This document shows positions 23,754 to 37,544 of a stretch of 64,000 bases of DNA, in pieces. This stretch comes from Mobula hypostoma. Taxonomy: Eukaryota. The stretch lies in assembly GCF_963921235.1 (NCBI RefSeq), contig NC_086108.1, positions 66,714,001 through 66,778,000 of the forward strand, given 5' to 3'. Every line of letters begins with the position of its first letter. The first letter of the stretch is position 1. The notes under the pieces are model-generated. The model saw only the letters and a program-made list of their open reading frames with translations, searched no databases and had not been told where the DNA came from. The position numbers were made by a program, and so were the translations under genes.

Positions 23754-23980
23754 AATGAATCCCTCATTAGTGTTACGTGATCCAGTTGGCAGTTGCCTTT
23801 CAGACGAGGAGGAAAATGCTGAGGAGGATGATAAAAAAGATCATATGCACAAAATAATATCCAGCATCAGCTCAGAGAAAGAAGAAATCAGAGGTGACAA
23901 CATCAAAATTCACAAAGCAGTAAAGCTTTTTAGTTGTCTGAACTTCCACCAAGCATTCAATGTGAGACAGACTTTGTGAA
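23754..23980 (+). other. Candidate exon of an unidentified + strand transcript (acidic ORF)
   Basis: Acceptor cttttccatctttattgcag; ORF MNPSLVLRDPVGSCLSDEEENAEEDDKKD..; possible donors at 23894, 23920 or 23981; not repeat-like. Confidence 0.3.
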
Positions 23981-25029
23981 GTGAGCTGAACACAACAGAT
24001 ATTTGTAGGTTGCGTATCCTATAATTCTTACTGGCTCAAGGAAGAAAATGGCTCTTTTAAAATTTATTTCATGTTACTAATGTGAAGATCAAAGCTTGAA
24101 CTTTATATCTGTACTCAGAAATCAGTTTAAAATGTTTCCACTTGAAATATGTATTAATTCATGAACTTCAGAAATTTGGCAGCATTTGCAGTGTCTATAT
24201 GCGTTTGAGTGTCTCTGGCCAGTGTATCTTCGGATGCTTGAGTTTTCTGAACTCCATATTTACTGCTTTGTATCAGTTTGAATCTCAAAAAGAATGATTA
24301 ATAGAAGAGTGGAAATTAGTTTAATTCACCACTTTCCTAGCCAAATATTAGAAAATCAACTGCACCCCTGAAAAAAATGGCAATAATATGAATAGTAAAG
24401 ATTTAAAAAATGAATTACAATTTTGATCGCTGACACTGAAGGGATATTGCAGGGAATTACACCACAGTATGTCCAAAACCCCAGAGAAGCAAAACATCCA
24501 AACAGATAGGGCATTTCTATCAGAAAATTTAGTGCACAAAGGTAATCACTGATTTTCTCAATGGAGAAACCATTAATATTTCAACCAAGTACAAAAAAAT
24601 TCAAAACCTCACTGAATTAGTGAGTGTCCAAAACCGAGGCATATCTGAGTGCATATAACAGACTGCCTTCATACAAAGCTTCCAGTGCTGGCACAATTCA
24701 AATCTTCATTTCATTGTAACATTCAAGATGATTGTTGATACCTTCAAGCTCTTTGTCGTTCCTAACTTGTTGAAGTAGTGAAATAGTTTCATTTCTACTC
24801 CCGGCCATTTCTGGCATCTCCAAGCCTGAATGCTTGAAACCGCAGTGAGCAAAACAGTTCTGAATTGTTTGACTGCTTATTTCTTACCAACTATCAGTGA
24901 CAAAAATCGCTGCTTATTTGAACACAAACACATGCAATTGACGCTATTGATTTTTTTAAATTGAGGAACAGCGCGGAATAAGCTCTTCTAGCCCTTTGAT
25001 GGATATGCTTCGGCCCATCAGTCCCCCGA

Positions 25030-25295
25030 TTTAATAACAGGACAATTTACAATGACCAATTAACCTACCAAATGGCATGTCATTGGACAGTGTGAGGAAA
25101 CCCAAGCACCCAGAGGAAACCCACGTAGTCATGTACAAACTCCTTACAGGCAGTGGCGGGAATTGACCCTGAGTTGTCTGTACTGTAAAGTGTTGTGCTA
25201 ACCGTTACATTACTGTTACATTACCGCTACAATTCCCGCCACTGCCTGTAAGAAGTTTGTACATGACTACGTGGGTTTCCTCCCACTGCTGCTAC
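25030..25295 (-). mobile_element. SINE fragment with a local 53-bp inverted duplication
   Basis: ggacaatttacaatgaccaattaacctac..gaggaaacccacg; arms at 25113-25165 and 25230-25282. Confidence 0.7.
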
Positions 25296-26329
25296 ACGGT
25301 TTAAAAACGGTTCACTCTAAGCATGGTATAGCACCTAATGGTCACTCAAGTGCATGCGACTGACACTAGTTAGAAACTGTTCAGCGACATTCTCCTGTCC
25401 CAAATAGGCAGCCTAGTGTCCTGAATAAATGAAGGGAATCCTGGCTATTTTTTCAGTGTTTTTGTTCTTTAAGAATTGTCCCAAACAAGTGGCTAACCCG
25501 ATTAACTGATGCCACAATTTACCAGAATCAACTGTACTTTCTCCACTCACATCATTGCTTCATGCCAACCAAGGCAGTCTGAGAAATTTTGGATTCTGTG
25601 AATTCCTTTATGAAACGAGACCCCCCCCCCCGCAAAAAAAAATCATATGAGATACCCAATTAGAAATGTTGACATCAGGATGGATGTATATGAATTGTGA
25701 TGGGATACCAATGAATGGCAGTTACTTTTAGGGGTAATTTTATACTGCCTGTTACTTTACATAACTGCAGAATGTAGCCAGTGTCAATCAAGCTGTTGAG
25801 TGGTTATGCACCTCAGAGTGGAGCCCAGGGAAGGCAGCACAAACCAGTGTCGTAAGATGTTAGATCTACTTATAGGCCATCCATACTTCTTAATGGAGCG
25901 GTGCTCAGAGCTCATTCCAACATGGAATTGATTAGGAATTGTACAAACTAGCAGAGGGTACATCCAGACATTTGCAAGCGAGCAGATGGAGTTGGGGGAA
26001 AATGTGCTGTTTCAGTGAAGTGGGGGAGGGAAACTTTACTGTTAGATGAATACCAGCAGCCAGGCACTGAGGACCTGTGTGCTGTATCTGATGAGGTTCA
26101 ATAGCATCTGTAGTCAAATTTGGAGAAGGCATCACAAAAGCCATCTCATGAACTACAGCAAAAGCTTTGGGATCTCCTCTATGCATCACAACCTGTTCTC
26201 AGCCACCATTAATCCTTATTATTCAGGGCTCACAGCTAAATTTCATAGATTATATTTGAGAGATGAAACATCACTGACTGCTGCCAGGACAATGCCAGTT
26301 GGCATTGACCGGTCTGCCAGCGGCTGCCC

Positions 26330-26520
26330 ACCAGCTCAATGTCCAGGTCAAGGAACATCTCTTCTACCTCAACGGCCCCAAATGTCCAGGCTATGCTCTC
26401 TTCTCACCGATGCCATTGGGGAAGGAGGTACAGGAAGCTTAGGTTCCACACCAGCTGTTTCAGGAACAGTTATTACTCCTCAACCAGCAGATTCCTGTGC
26501 TGGCGTGGATAACTTCATAT
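26330..26520 (+). mobile_element. Rex1/Babar 3' fragment
   Basis: ccaggctatgctctcttctcaccgatgccattggggaaggaggtacaggaagc..caggaacagttattac, as in other Rex1 3' ends in the window. Confidence 0.6.
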
Positions 26521-27331
26521 ACTGGCATGGATGCAGTGCTCTCAAAGTAATGTACGTGTTGTCATCAGCATCTGCAGCAAGGGAAACCTGCTGAGCTTAC
26601 AAAGCCACCAGCATAATATACCTGACACACTCCAGCAGGAGAGAACAAAATGTAATCACAATGCTCTATATCGACAGCAACAATGACTTCCCTAATTCAA
26701 ACATGATGGCTAAGTACAAGTTGTTGCAAGTACCTTTACCTCCAGCCTGGAAGGAGCCCAATACTAATTTGGAACCAAAGAGCACCCGAAACAACATCTA
26801 CTGTGAGCCAGACTCAATCACCATTGAATAATATTTTGTGTTGGAATAGATGAAACAAACAATCTCAGACAAGCAGACACCATCAAAATGTTGATGTGGA
26901 TCTCAATGTCTGGTAAAAGCTAAAATGGACTTGTGCCCATAATTTAAGATATTTAAGCTGAGAACACAGATGTGTGCAAACCATTGTAAAACAAATAGTG
27001 ACATCTATGGGATTCAGAAAAGTCAACCGATAAAATGAAACTATGATACACTAGACAAACACCAATGTAAAGAAACTAACATTACTAATGTCTCAGTACT
27101 TCTATGATATCTTATATTCTGCACAACATCAGAAAATGTTCTCTGAATGATGGGCCTATGAGTATATTATGCCCATCTTTCTGATAATGTGAAAACAAAC
27201 AATGCTGTCAGTGGTAACTTGGAAAATTAACACATCCATATTAAAAAATATTCCTTTTGATGAATGTTTCTAATCCATGGTCCTTTGCAGATGAATTCCC
27301 TCATCCTGGGAGATTAATCGCGGAATGTATG

Positions 27332-27727
27332 TGTCATGGTCTCTTCTGGCAGTCCCCCACCTTACCATTTACCTCAGGAATTGGGCCTCAATCCCCTCAT
27401 TTAATTTCCAATCATTCCCAGGGTCCACTAACTACACACACCTGCCTTCCATCAGAAAATGCAGGATGAAGACCCTGTGATCACAACAAGGAGCTGCCAG
27501 TTCGTTGGTCGACTCTGGTGTGAGTAACCTCGTTTCACGGTTCTTAGAATTGTTAGTTCTAAGTCTAGCATCGCTCTTGGATTCTCTCCAAACCCAAGAC
27601 TTTGGGTAAAGACTCTCCTGGAAACTGATTCCATACCGCTATGGCAATAATGCCTCCTGACTCTACCCCCCCCCCCCCGTGCCCGTGTTCTGCACTTGGG
27701 TTCATCCACCGCCATGCTTGTGTAACA
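27332..27727 (+). repeat. 5' LTR of the Sushi-like element
   Basis: tgtcat..gtaaca; roughly 90% identical by eye to 32061-32450. Confidence 0.92.
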
Positions 27728-27743
27728 GAACGAACTGGCCATA

Positions 27744-28761
27744 ATGCACCCAGCGGACATGGATCCCGTACAACAGGCCCTCGCCAGCCAGGGCTACCTA
27801 CTGGGTGCCTACGACCAACTACTTAGGGAGGTCATGGAAAATCCTCGGATGCTATCCACGAATGTTCAGAAGGTCAGTGAGCTTCCGCTTCCCTTTCTCC
27901 TCCCCTCCAAGAACCCTGACTGCCCAAACTGCACCGCTCGGGATGACATCGTCCCTGGGATCAGCAACACAGTCCCCTTGACAGTCATATGTACCCGAGC
28001 CCGAACCCTACGCTGGGGACCTAGGGAGGTGCCAGGCCTTCCTGCTACAATGCTCTCTGGTCTTTGAGCTACAGCCACGTACCTACACTTCAGATAAATC
28101 CAAGATTGCGTACATCATGGGGCTTTTACGAGGGGATGCCTTGGCTTGGGCAACCGTGAAATGGGATAACCAACCAGAGGTTTGTTCCTCCTTCCCCTCC
28201 TTTGTTGCCGAAATGAGGAAGGTCTTTGAACAACCCATGTGTGGTAATGACACCACTAAATGCTTGCTGACTCTTTGCCAGGGTTTGTGAAGCATAGCAA
28301 GGTATTCCATCGAGTTCCGGACCTTAGCCGTAGACTCAGGGTGGAATGACGAGGCCCTACGGGAGGTGTTTCGACAGGGTCTCTTGGACAAGATAAAGGA
28401 TGAACTGGCAGCGAGGGACAACCTGGAATGTCTGGACTGTCTGATCTCACTAGGCACTAGATTAGATAATTGACCTCAAGAGCGGCTGAGAAAAAGAGCC
28501 AGTTGCCCCGCTCCTCGGAGAAGCCCACGGTCCACCTTATCAGTCTCAGCCAGCCTCCCTTCCCCAGCCGCTCCAAGTGTAGCTCCTGCTCCGACCGTCC
28601 CCACCACCCTGGGGGAGGAACCGATGCAGCTGGGACGGAACCGTCTCTCCCCGGCCGAACGACTTGGGAGGTGGAGAGCTGGGGATTGTTACTATTGTGG
28701 CCAGCCAGGTCATTTCTGGGATACCTGCCCTCAGCGGCCAAAAGGGGGGGCTCACCAGTGA
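27744..28761 (+). pseudogene. gag: gag (frameshifted, with stops)
   Basis: PEPYAGDLGRCQAFLLQCSLVFELQP..KIAYIMGLLRGDALAWA; EEPMQLG; CCHC knuckle CYYCGQPGHFWDTC at about 28687-28728. Confidence 0.88.
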
Positions 28762-31700
28762 AAAGGGGGTCCCTGGTGAGCTGGACGATTCTCCCTTCAG
28801 CCCCTCAGACTCCGACACAGATCCCGGCTACCGTGAATTACCAATGACAGTCCCTGTCCCTATCCAATTTGGTGGATTCCGGTGCTGAGGGAAGTCTGCT
28901 GGACAAAGACATAGCCTCCCAGGCTGGAATACCTCGCAAGACGCTAACTGCTCCCCTGGAGGCCCGGGCCCTGGACAGAAAACTGCTGGCTCGGGTGACC
29001 CTGACCTTAATCCTATCCGGCAACCATTGGGAGGAGGTACGATTCAGTCTCATTCATTCACCTCAAGCCCCGGTAGTTCTAGGGTATCTATGTCTGACCC
29101 ACCACAATCCCCATATCGACTGGTCTACCGGGAGGATAGCCAAATGGAGCCCATCTTGCCATGCCAACTGTCTGTGGTCAGCCACATCTCCCAGGGGAGC
29201 TACCGCGACCTTGCCTGTCCCGGAACCCCTTGCTTTGTCCTGAGTCCCCACAGAATACCATGACCTGGGACAGGTATTCAGTAAACAACGGGACCTTTCC
29301 CTGCCTCCGCACCGCCCATATGATTGTGCCATTGACCTTCTCCCCGGGGCCTCACTACCCACCAGTCACCTTCTTAACCTATCCTGACCAGAGAGAGGCC
29401 ATGGAGAAGTACATTAGCAAGTCCCTCGCGGCAGGTGTTATCAGACCTTCATCCTCCCCGGTAGGCACTGGTTTCTTTTTTGTAGAAAAGAAGGACTTGT
29501 ATTGATTACAGAGGCCCAAGCAGTATAACAGTTAAGAGTAGGTACCCTGTATCCCTCATTAGTTTGGCTTTTGAACCACTGCATGGAGGCACCATCTTCT
29601 CAAAGCTGGACCTTCGTAATGCCTACCATCTAGTCAGGATGAGGGAGGGGGATGAGTGGAAGACGGCCTTTAATACACCTCTGGGCCACTTCAAATATTT
29701 GGTCATGCCATTTGGCCTCACCAATGCTCCTGCTGTTTTTCAAGCCTTAATCAATGACGCACTGAAGGATTTTATTAATCGGTTCGTATTCGTTTACCTC
29801 GATGATATCCTGATATTTTCTAGCACCCCCCCAAGAACACGTTCACCATGTCTGTCAAGTCCTCCAGAGACTGTGGGAAAACCAGTGATTTGTGAAGGCG
29901 GAGAAATGCGAGTATCCCGTTCCTTCGGTCAGCTTCCTGGGTTATATCATTGAGAGCCGGCAGGTGAGAGCAGACCCCCAGAAGATCCGGGCAGTGGAAG
30001 AATGGCCTAGGCCCACGACCCACAAACAACTTCAATGATTCCTGGGGTTTGCAAACTTCTACCGCCGATTTATCAGAGCCTACAGTCGAGTGGCAGCCCC
30101 CCTTACCCGGCTTACCTTGCCTACTACCCCTTTCTGTTGAGACTCTGAAGCTGACTCGGCATTCACCAACCTGAAGAGGCGTTTCACCACCACTCCCATC
30201 CTGGTCCATCCGGACCCAGCCCATCAATTCATTGTTGAGGTGGACACCTCTGACTCCGGAATAGAAGCAGTCCTGTCCCAACAATCAAGTCTGGATGAAA
30301 AGCTTCACCCCGCGCCTTCTATTCTCGCTGACTGTCCCCCGCCGAGTGGAATTACGACATGGGGAATCGGGAACTCCTGGTGGTCAAACTAGCATTGGAA
30401 GAATGGAGGCACTGGCTGGAAGGGGCAGAACAATCGTTTGTGGTGTGGACTGATAATAAAAACCTGGGGTATATTCAGACCGCCAAATGTTTGAACTCTC
30501 GTCAGGCCCGTTGGGCGTTACTGTTTGGACGGTTCCAGTTTTCCCTCACATACCGTCCAGGGTCCAAGAACGGGAAGCTGGATGCGCTTTCCTGCCAATA
30601 CGTCTCCAAGGAGGACACTTCCAGCCCAGGGACTATCCTCCCACCATTCTACGTGGTTGCCACCCTCACTTGGAAGATCGAGTCCAAAGTAAAAGAAGCC
30701 CAATGGGATGACCCCGACCACGGCAATGGACCCGGCGATCGCCTGCATGTGCCCGTTTCCGTCAGGTCTCAGGTTCTGCAATGGGGGCACACATCTCGAT
30801 TCGCCTGCCACGCCAGGAGTGATTGGACTCGAGCGCTCCTGAAAAAACACTTTTGGTGGCTGTTCATAGAGGCGAATACCCATTCCTATGCCTCGGCATG
30901 TTCAATCTGTGCCCTGGGAAAAGCCTCTCATCGGCCACCTGTGGGTTTACTTTGTCCTCTACCTGTCCCTAGTCGCACATTGCCCCAGACTTTATCACCA
31001 GTCTACCCCCTTCACAGGAAAACACCACCGTACTCACTGTGGTAGACTAGTTCTCCAAGGCAGTGTACTTTGTAGCCCTCCCTAAAATCCTTTCCTCTCA
31101 AGAAACCGCAGATCTTCTCATTCACCATGCCTTCTGCCTCCACGGAATCCCCGCGGACATCATCTCTAATCGAGGTCCCCAGTTCGTCTCGCAGGTATGG
31201 AAGGCATTCTATCAAGCCTTAGGTGCATTGGTCAGCCTGTCATCTGGCTTCCACCCCCAGACGAACGGCCAGACGGAACAGGTCAATCAAGGCCTGGAGG
31301 CGATGCGACGTTGTGTAATGGCAAACAATCCGTCGACCTGAAGCGACCATCTCCTGTGGGTTGAGTACGCCCACAACCTTCTGGTGAGCTCTGCCATTGG
31401 AAGGTCTCCATTCGAATGCTCCCTGGGGTACCAACCCCCGCTGTTCCCCGCGCAAGAATAGGAGATTGCAGTACCATTGGTTCAGGACCATGTCGATCGG
31501 TGCCTTAAGTTCGGGAGGAGACATGCACGGTCCTTCTCAGATCAGCAAATCGCAATAAAAAGACGGCCGACCGACACCGGAGTCTGGCACTTGAGTACCA
31601 GCCGGAGCAGATGGTGTGGCTTTCATCCAAGGACATCCTGCTTAAGCACGAGCAGAGGAAACTCGACCCCTCGCTTCCTGGGACCATTCAAGGTCGAAAG

Positions 31701-32049
31701 TGTTATCAATCCCGCAGCGGTCCGCCTAAAACTGCCAAGATCTATGCGCATCCACCTGACTTTTCACGTTTCCCAGTTAAAGCCAGTTTCCGTCAGCCCC
31801 TTGTGTCTCCTGACTGAGACTCCCCCACCTACCCGTATCATCGACAACCATCCAGCATACACCGTCCGATGACTACTGGATGTGTGCCTTCGGGGCAGGG
31901 GTTTCCAATACCTGGTAGACTGGGAAGGGTACGGTCCAGAAGAGCGTTCCTGGGTCCCCCGCTCCTTCATCCTAGACCCTCCCCTCATCCAAGACTTTAA
32001 TCGGGACCATCCAGACAGGCCTGGAGTATCGCCTGGAGGCTCCCGTTGA
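28762..32049 (+). pseudogene. pol: pol (protease, RT, RNase H, integrase, chromodomain), multiply disrupted
   Basis: [91 protein letters not shown]. Confidence 0.93.
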
Positions 32050-32060
32050 GGGATGGGTAC

Positions 32061-32450
32061 TGTCATTCTTCCCTTCTGGCAATCCCCCACCTTACTATTT
32101 ACCTCAGGAATTGGGCCTCAATCCCTTCGTTTAATTTCCAATCATTCCCAGGGTCCACTAACTACATACACCTGCTTTCCATCAGGAAATGCAGGATAAA
32201 GATCCTGTGATCACAACAAAGAGCTGCCAGTTCGTTGGTTGACTCTGGTGTGAGTAATCTCGTTTCATGGTTCTTAGGACTGTTAGTTCTAAGACCAGCA
32301 TCACTCCTGGATTCTCTCCAAACCCAAGACTTCAGGTAAAGACTCTCCCGGAAACCGATTCCATGCTCACTACGGCAGTAATGCCTCCTGACTCTGCTCC
32401 CACACCCGTGTTCCGCACTTGGGTTCGTCCACTGCCACGCTTATTTAACA
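32061..32450 (+). repeat. 3' LTR of the Sushi-like element
   Basis: tgtcat..ttaaca directly after the PPT. Confidence 0.92.
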
Positions 32451-33949
32451 ATATGCTTGTGTTCAATTCTGTTTGGTTTCAACATTTCATTGTACTTGTC
32501 TGTAGGAATTCTGAATAGCAATTCAAACCCTAACCAATAACTAATATTTTTTCCAGTGCATGTGCTTAAAAGCAATTGGAGCATCCTGATAATACTGAAG
32601 TTACCAATCCAAACAGAGAACAGGAATTGGATCTGCTACCACTAATACTGATTAACTGTTTTATCAAAAGAACAAGTGATGGAGTTCTAGAAAAGAACTG
32701 TAATGTCACATACAAAGGAAGGTTTCTATTGTAACCTTTGGTTTATAACATATGTAAACCTTCTGCAACTCAACTTGGCATTTGCAAAAGACAAAATAGA
32801 TAAACAGATGCACTATTGATAACCTTTCCCAAACTGTTCCAACTTTCATTAACGGCATTGCTGACAATTTTCTGCTGTGTAGACATGCATTTGCTAGTCT
32901 AGCCAATGAGAAGTGCTCATTTGCAACATAATACAGTCAAATTTAATTAATCAACTTAAATGACAAATCTGTTGATGTAGTCCAGTCCATTTTTCGAACT
33001 GTTGTTTTTACAACAGCTTTGCAGTGACAAGACTCTGTTAGATAGTTTGCCGTATCTGCTTAATTTAAAAAAAAAAAATTAATTCATTTTTCAGGATTTG
33101 ATTGTGAATGATAAACCAGATATTTATTGTACATTCCAAACTATCCTTAACAAAATGGACCTGAGCCTCCTTGTTGAACTCCAGTCATCTTTCTGGTAAG
33201 GATGACAACAGTGCTGTTGGGGAGGGGGTTCCGGGACATGGATCCAGTCAGAATGGCATGCAACCTGGAGGGGGAAATTGCAGGTGCTGATGGTCCCATG
33301 TACTTGCTGCACTTGACCTTGATGGTGGCATTCAAAGATCTGGGAGATGCTGTTTAAGTAACCTAGATGCGCAACTGCGATGCATTTGACCTTGATGGTA
33401 CAGACTGCACTGATACTGAAGAGAATGAAAGTTTTGCACAGTGAACGGAATAACAATCAAGCAGGCCATTTTGTCTTTTTTGGTAATGAGCTCCTTCACC
33501 ATTATTGGAGGTGTACTCATCCAGGCAGTAATAAATATTCCATCACACTCCCAACTTTCATCTTCTAGAAGGGAGAAAGAATTTGGGATATCAGGAGCTG
33601 AGACACTCACTGCAGATCACTCAGCCAGGGTATCAAAGGAAAAGTGATTTCTATTACTATTGCATATGCAATAAAGTTAAAATTAATCCCAAATGAACCA
33701 ATAAGAATATTATGAAGAAATCAAATCTATTTGAATCGAAGCTCATCATGCACTTGATACTCTCAATTGCAGTGAGCCAAGTTTTGGTAGCTGTGGCCAA
33801 CAGTTCCAAATGAAATCAACAGTGTTCAGCCATTTTGAAATGAAGGAAATGCCATATTTGCACTATGAATCTATGCTGTGTGGCATATTCAGGCTGGGAA
33901 TGGGATTGGGTGGGGTTGAATCAAAAAAATGTCAAATTGCTTACCCACA

Positions 33950-35070
33950 TGGCATGCAATCAAGGATGCATGCTTAGCCCACTGCTCTTTACTTATGACT
34001 ATGTCACTAAGCTTGGCTCAGATGTCACCACAGTGGTTGGTAACATCTCAGATGGCAATGAGGAGGCATACAGGAGTGAGTGAGATAGATTAGATGGATG
34101 AGTGGTGCAACAACAAAAAACATACACTCAACATCAGCAAGACCAAGGAATTGGTTGTGGACTTATGAATGGGAAGTCAGAAGAACTCGGACAAGTCCTC
34201 ATTGAGAGGTCAGTGGTGGAAAGGGTGAGCTGCTTTAAGTTTCCTGACGTTAACAACTCTGAGGATTTATCCCGAGCCCAACACATTTGGCATGTTATCA
34301 AAAACTCTTGAAATTTTTATAGATGTATGACAGAGACCATTCTGACTGGTTGCATCACTACCTAGCATGGAAGCTCTTAAGCTCAGGATCACAAGAAACT
34401 GCAAAGCATTGCTGACACAGCCAGCTCTACCACTGGCACAACCCTCCCTACCATAAGACCATATGACATGGGGCAGAATTAGGCCATTGATTCTACGTCA
34501 GCATCATGGCTGATTTATTATCCCTCTCAATCCCATTCTCCTGCCTTCTCTGCGTACCCTATGACACCCTTACCTACCAAGAGCCTATCACCTTCCTTCT
34601 GTGGCAATGAATTTCACAGCTTCACCACTCTTTGGCTAAAGAAATCCCTCCTCATCTCTGTACTAAAGGGACGTTCCTCTGTTCTGACACTGTGCCCTCT
34701 GGTCCCACTATTAAAAAATATCCTCTCCACATCGATATGGACACTATCTAGACCTTTCAATATTCTAAGACATCCTCAAGAGGAGGTGTCTTAAGAAGGC
34801 AGCATCCATCATTAAGGACCTTCAGTATCCAGGACATGCTCTCTTCTCAATGCTACCATCAGGGAGGAGATGCGGAGTCTGAAGAGGCACACTCAATGAT
34901 TCAGAAACTACTACTTCTCCTCTGCCATCAGATTTAAGAACAATCATGATCACTATTGATCTATTATTTTCATTTAATTTGTAATTTATAGTAATATTAT
35001 ATCTTTGCACTGTATCATTGCCACAAAAATTTCACATCATATGATACTGTGATAAAAATCCTGATTCTGA
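33950..35070 (+). mobile_element. Rex1/Babar 3' fragment with a nested CR1 tail (about 34455-34765, -)
   Basis: QGCMLSPLLF, VERVSCFKF motifs; tail aaaatcctgattctga; inner ccataagaccatatgac..ggcaatgaatttcacagcttcaccactc. Confidence 0.7.
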
Positions 35071-36200
35071 TCTTTTTCCTCTTTTAGTTACTAGGTTTCC
35101 TTTAAGCTCACTCTTATTTGTGATATCTAATGGGATAAAATGCCTCTTGAAAGTGGGTTCATTGTCCAGAATCCTTATACCTACCATTCATGCAGCCTTT
35201 ATCAAGAAGGAAGTGGGTGGGTATTGCCTCTACAGGTTATGGCTGACTTTCAGATTCTTAAGAATTGTAACACCCACAATAGCCAGTCAAAATGTTTTTC
35301 TTATTATAATTACCAATATATGCTGTCGCCAGGTAATAGGCTCCAGTTTTAGAAATGCCCATTATCTATTCTATTTATAAGTCACAAAATATATAAAAGT
35401 CTCTTGATATAGATAGATACTTTATTGATCCCAAAGGAAATTGCAGTGTCACAGTAGTGTACAGATATAAATATTACAAGAAAAGAGAAGTAGAAAGAAT
35501 AATAAATACGTCATCACAAACAGTCTAACAAAGGGGTTATCACTTCCCCGGTTGACTCATTATAGAGCCTAATGGCCAAGGGTAAAAATGACCTCATATA
35601 GAGCTTTTTGGAGCAGAACAGCTGTCTTGGTCTATTACTAAAAGTGCTCCTCTGTTCAGCCGTATGGTAAACATACCTCCACAGCATTGTAATGAATGGC
35701 ATCAAAAGCTCATCAGAACAATTACTAAAGGTGAATGGAGAGAGGAAACTAGTTTTGGTGTTCATAGGTAGAGGTGTCTATAAGTCAAGTGTTCATAACC
35801 CTGGAATGGCATGCATTAATCTTTGATAATTATTATTAACATTTTGTATAAATCTGAAGGATTGCCGTGGGTAATTACTATTCCTAGGCAAACTATCCTA
35901 TAGTAAGGCATTGAATTATGGAGCAATATTGGAAGACAATACTACAAGTTATCCAGATTCTTAACTATTCACTCAGTTCAATGATAATTGAGGATGGATG
36001 ACAAGTACTAGAATTCCACTAATGTCTAGATCCTATGAGCAAACAAAATACTAAATAAAATCTGCTTTGTAAATATGCTAAAAGTAACTTTTTCTCAACA
36101 TACCAGTGAATTTATTTTTAAAAATTATTTCATTTAACCATGGATTTAACAGTACATTGAACTGCATATGCATATTAATAATATATCATACTCTTCTCAG

Positions 36201-36397
36201 ATTGGAAGTCTTCAACGTAGAACACATTGCCTTAGATATTACTGCTGGTGGCCCACTGGCCATTCTTTTTGCCTGTGGTCACCATTCACCTGAGCTTCCT
36301 CAGTTCAATTCAGAAGACAATCCTGTGTGCTTCACGTTTCTGGGTAAAAAAGACCCTGAGAAGTAAAGGGGTCTCAAACAACATGATGATATTGGAG
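36201..36397 (+). other. Candidate (probably non-coding) exon
   Basis: Acceptor ctcttctcag and strong donor GAG|GTAAGG; no frame is open over the whole 197 bp. Confidence 0.3.
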
Positions 36398-36614
36398 GTA
36401 AGGACGAATACCACTTGGTATACTATCTGAAAAGCCTGTGTAAAGCTATGGCTGTTGTCAATATTTTCAAAATGGATAAATGAAATTAAAATTGAATAAA
36501 GATTTTAAAAAAGTTATTAAAATTAAACATCAAGACAGCATAAAACATTAATATAAAATAATAATTATGGAAAAAGCTGACCTTATTTTACCCCATCTTC
36601 ACTGGGTACACTAG

Positions 36615-36790
36615 ATGGCTGGTGGTGTAGTGGCATCAGCACTGGACCTTGGGGCAAATGATCCCAAGTTTGAATCTGGCCAGTTCCTTGCACCCTTTCC
36701 ATCTGTGCTGGGTTGAGAATTGAGCTAACAACTTGGCCTCGTAAGAAAACAGTCAAATGTACCTCAAGGCGTGAAAAGGAACAATGATCA
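36615..36790 (+). mobile_element. Decayed tRNA-derived SINE
   Basis: A box tggtgtagtgg and B-box-like gtttgaatct. Confidence 0.5.
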
Positions 36791-37544
36791 CTTAGTACAC
36801 ATTGAAACTAGTGAACTTGGAGCAGATTTTGTAGCATAAGTGCTGGGGAATCTCAGCAAGACAAATTTCCACTACTGGGTTTCGTGAGGAGTCTAGTAAT
36901 GCTGTTTCACTTCAAAGTGGTTGACTGAGATCACTTAATAAGTTTTAGATATCCACAATTATGCTGCAAAATGGCAGTAGTACCATGCAGAACTTTGTAG
37001 GGCATTGGGTCCCAAAATCCAGGCTGATATATACATTTTTTAAAAGTCTTAATGATCTTGAGAGTAGATAATCCAATTAAACGAGGTATTAATTTTCCAG
37101 AGATCCCACCTCAGTTTTCTCCCACGACTGAAGAATGCTACAGAAATCAAAAAGTGTTGCTGCCATAAGTTTCGTCCAGGAGAGATAGATAGCTAGTGCC
37201 CATATGCTTCAAAAATCCAGCTATTCTGAAAGCATTGGACTGTATTTTGCACATGAGTATTGAGCACATGATATTGCATGTTTAGGGCTACAGACCAGTG
37301 CTTTAAACAGACAGCACAAATAATGATCCAGGTTTTACAGTAAAAATAACACTGAGGTTGCCTGTTACTAAGGAGAACAATTTCTGGCACCTGCATTCTC
37401 GTGGTTCAAGCACATAATTAGTACGTTGCACAGCTTCTCCAGGAGCTGTTACAAAAATATTAAGCAGGCACCAAAATATATGAAGGATACAAAACTGAAG
37501 CATTTAACCTCGCTTGGGAAGCCACTGAGCAATTCGGAAGAAGT

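Larger units (their letters stand above)
27332..32450 (+). mobile_element. Full-length decayed Ty3/Gypsy chromovirus (Sushi-like) LTR retrotransposon
   Basis: Two TG..CA LTRs, TSD GTATG/ATATG, domain order gag-PR-RT-RH-IN-chromodomain, polypurine tract (PPT) gagggatgggtac at 32048-32060. Confidence 0.95.

Noticed and set aside
26046..26594. 182-aa ORF
   Set aside because: No recognisable domain; its second half runs out of frame through a Rex1 fragment.
27744..32049. Domesticated PEG10/RTL-like host gene
   Set aside because: Both LTRs and the TSD are retained and the ORFs are riddled with stops and frameshifts.
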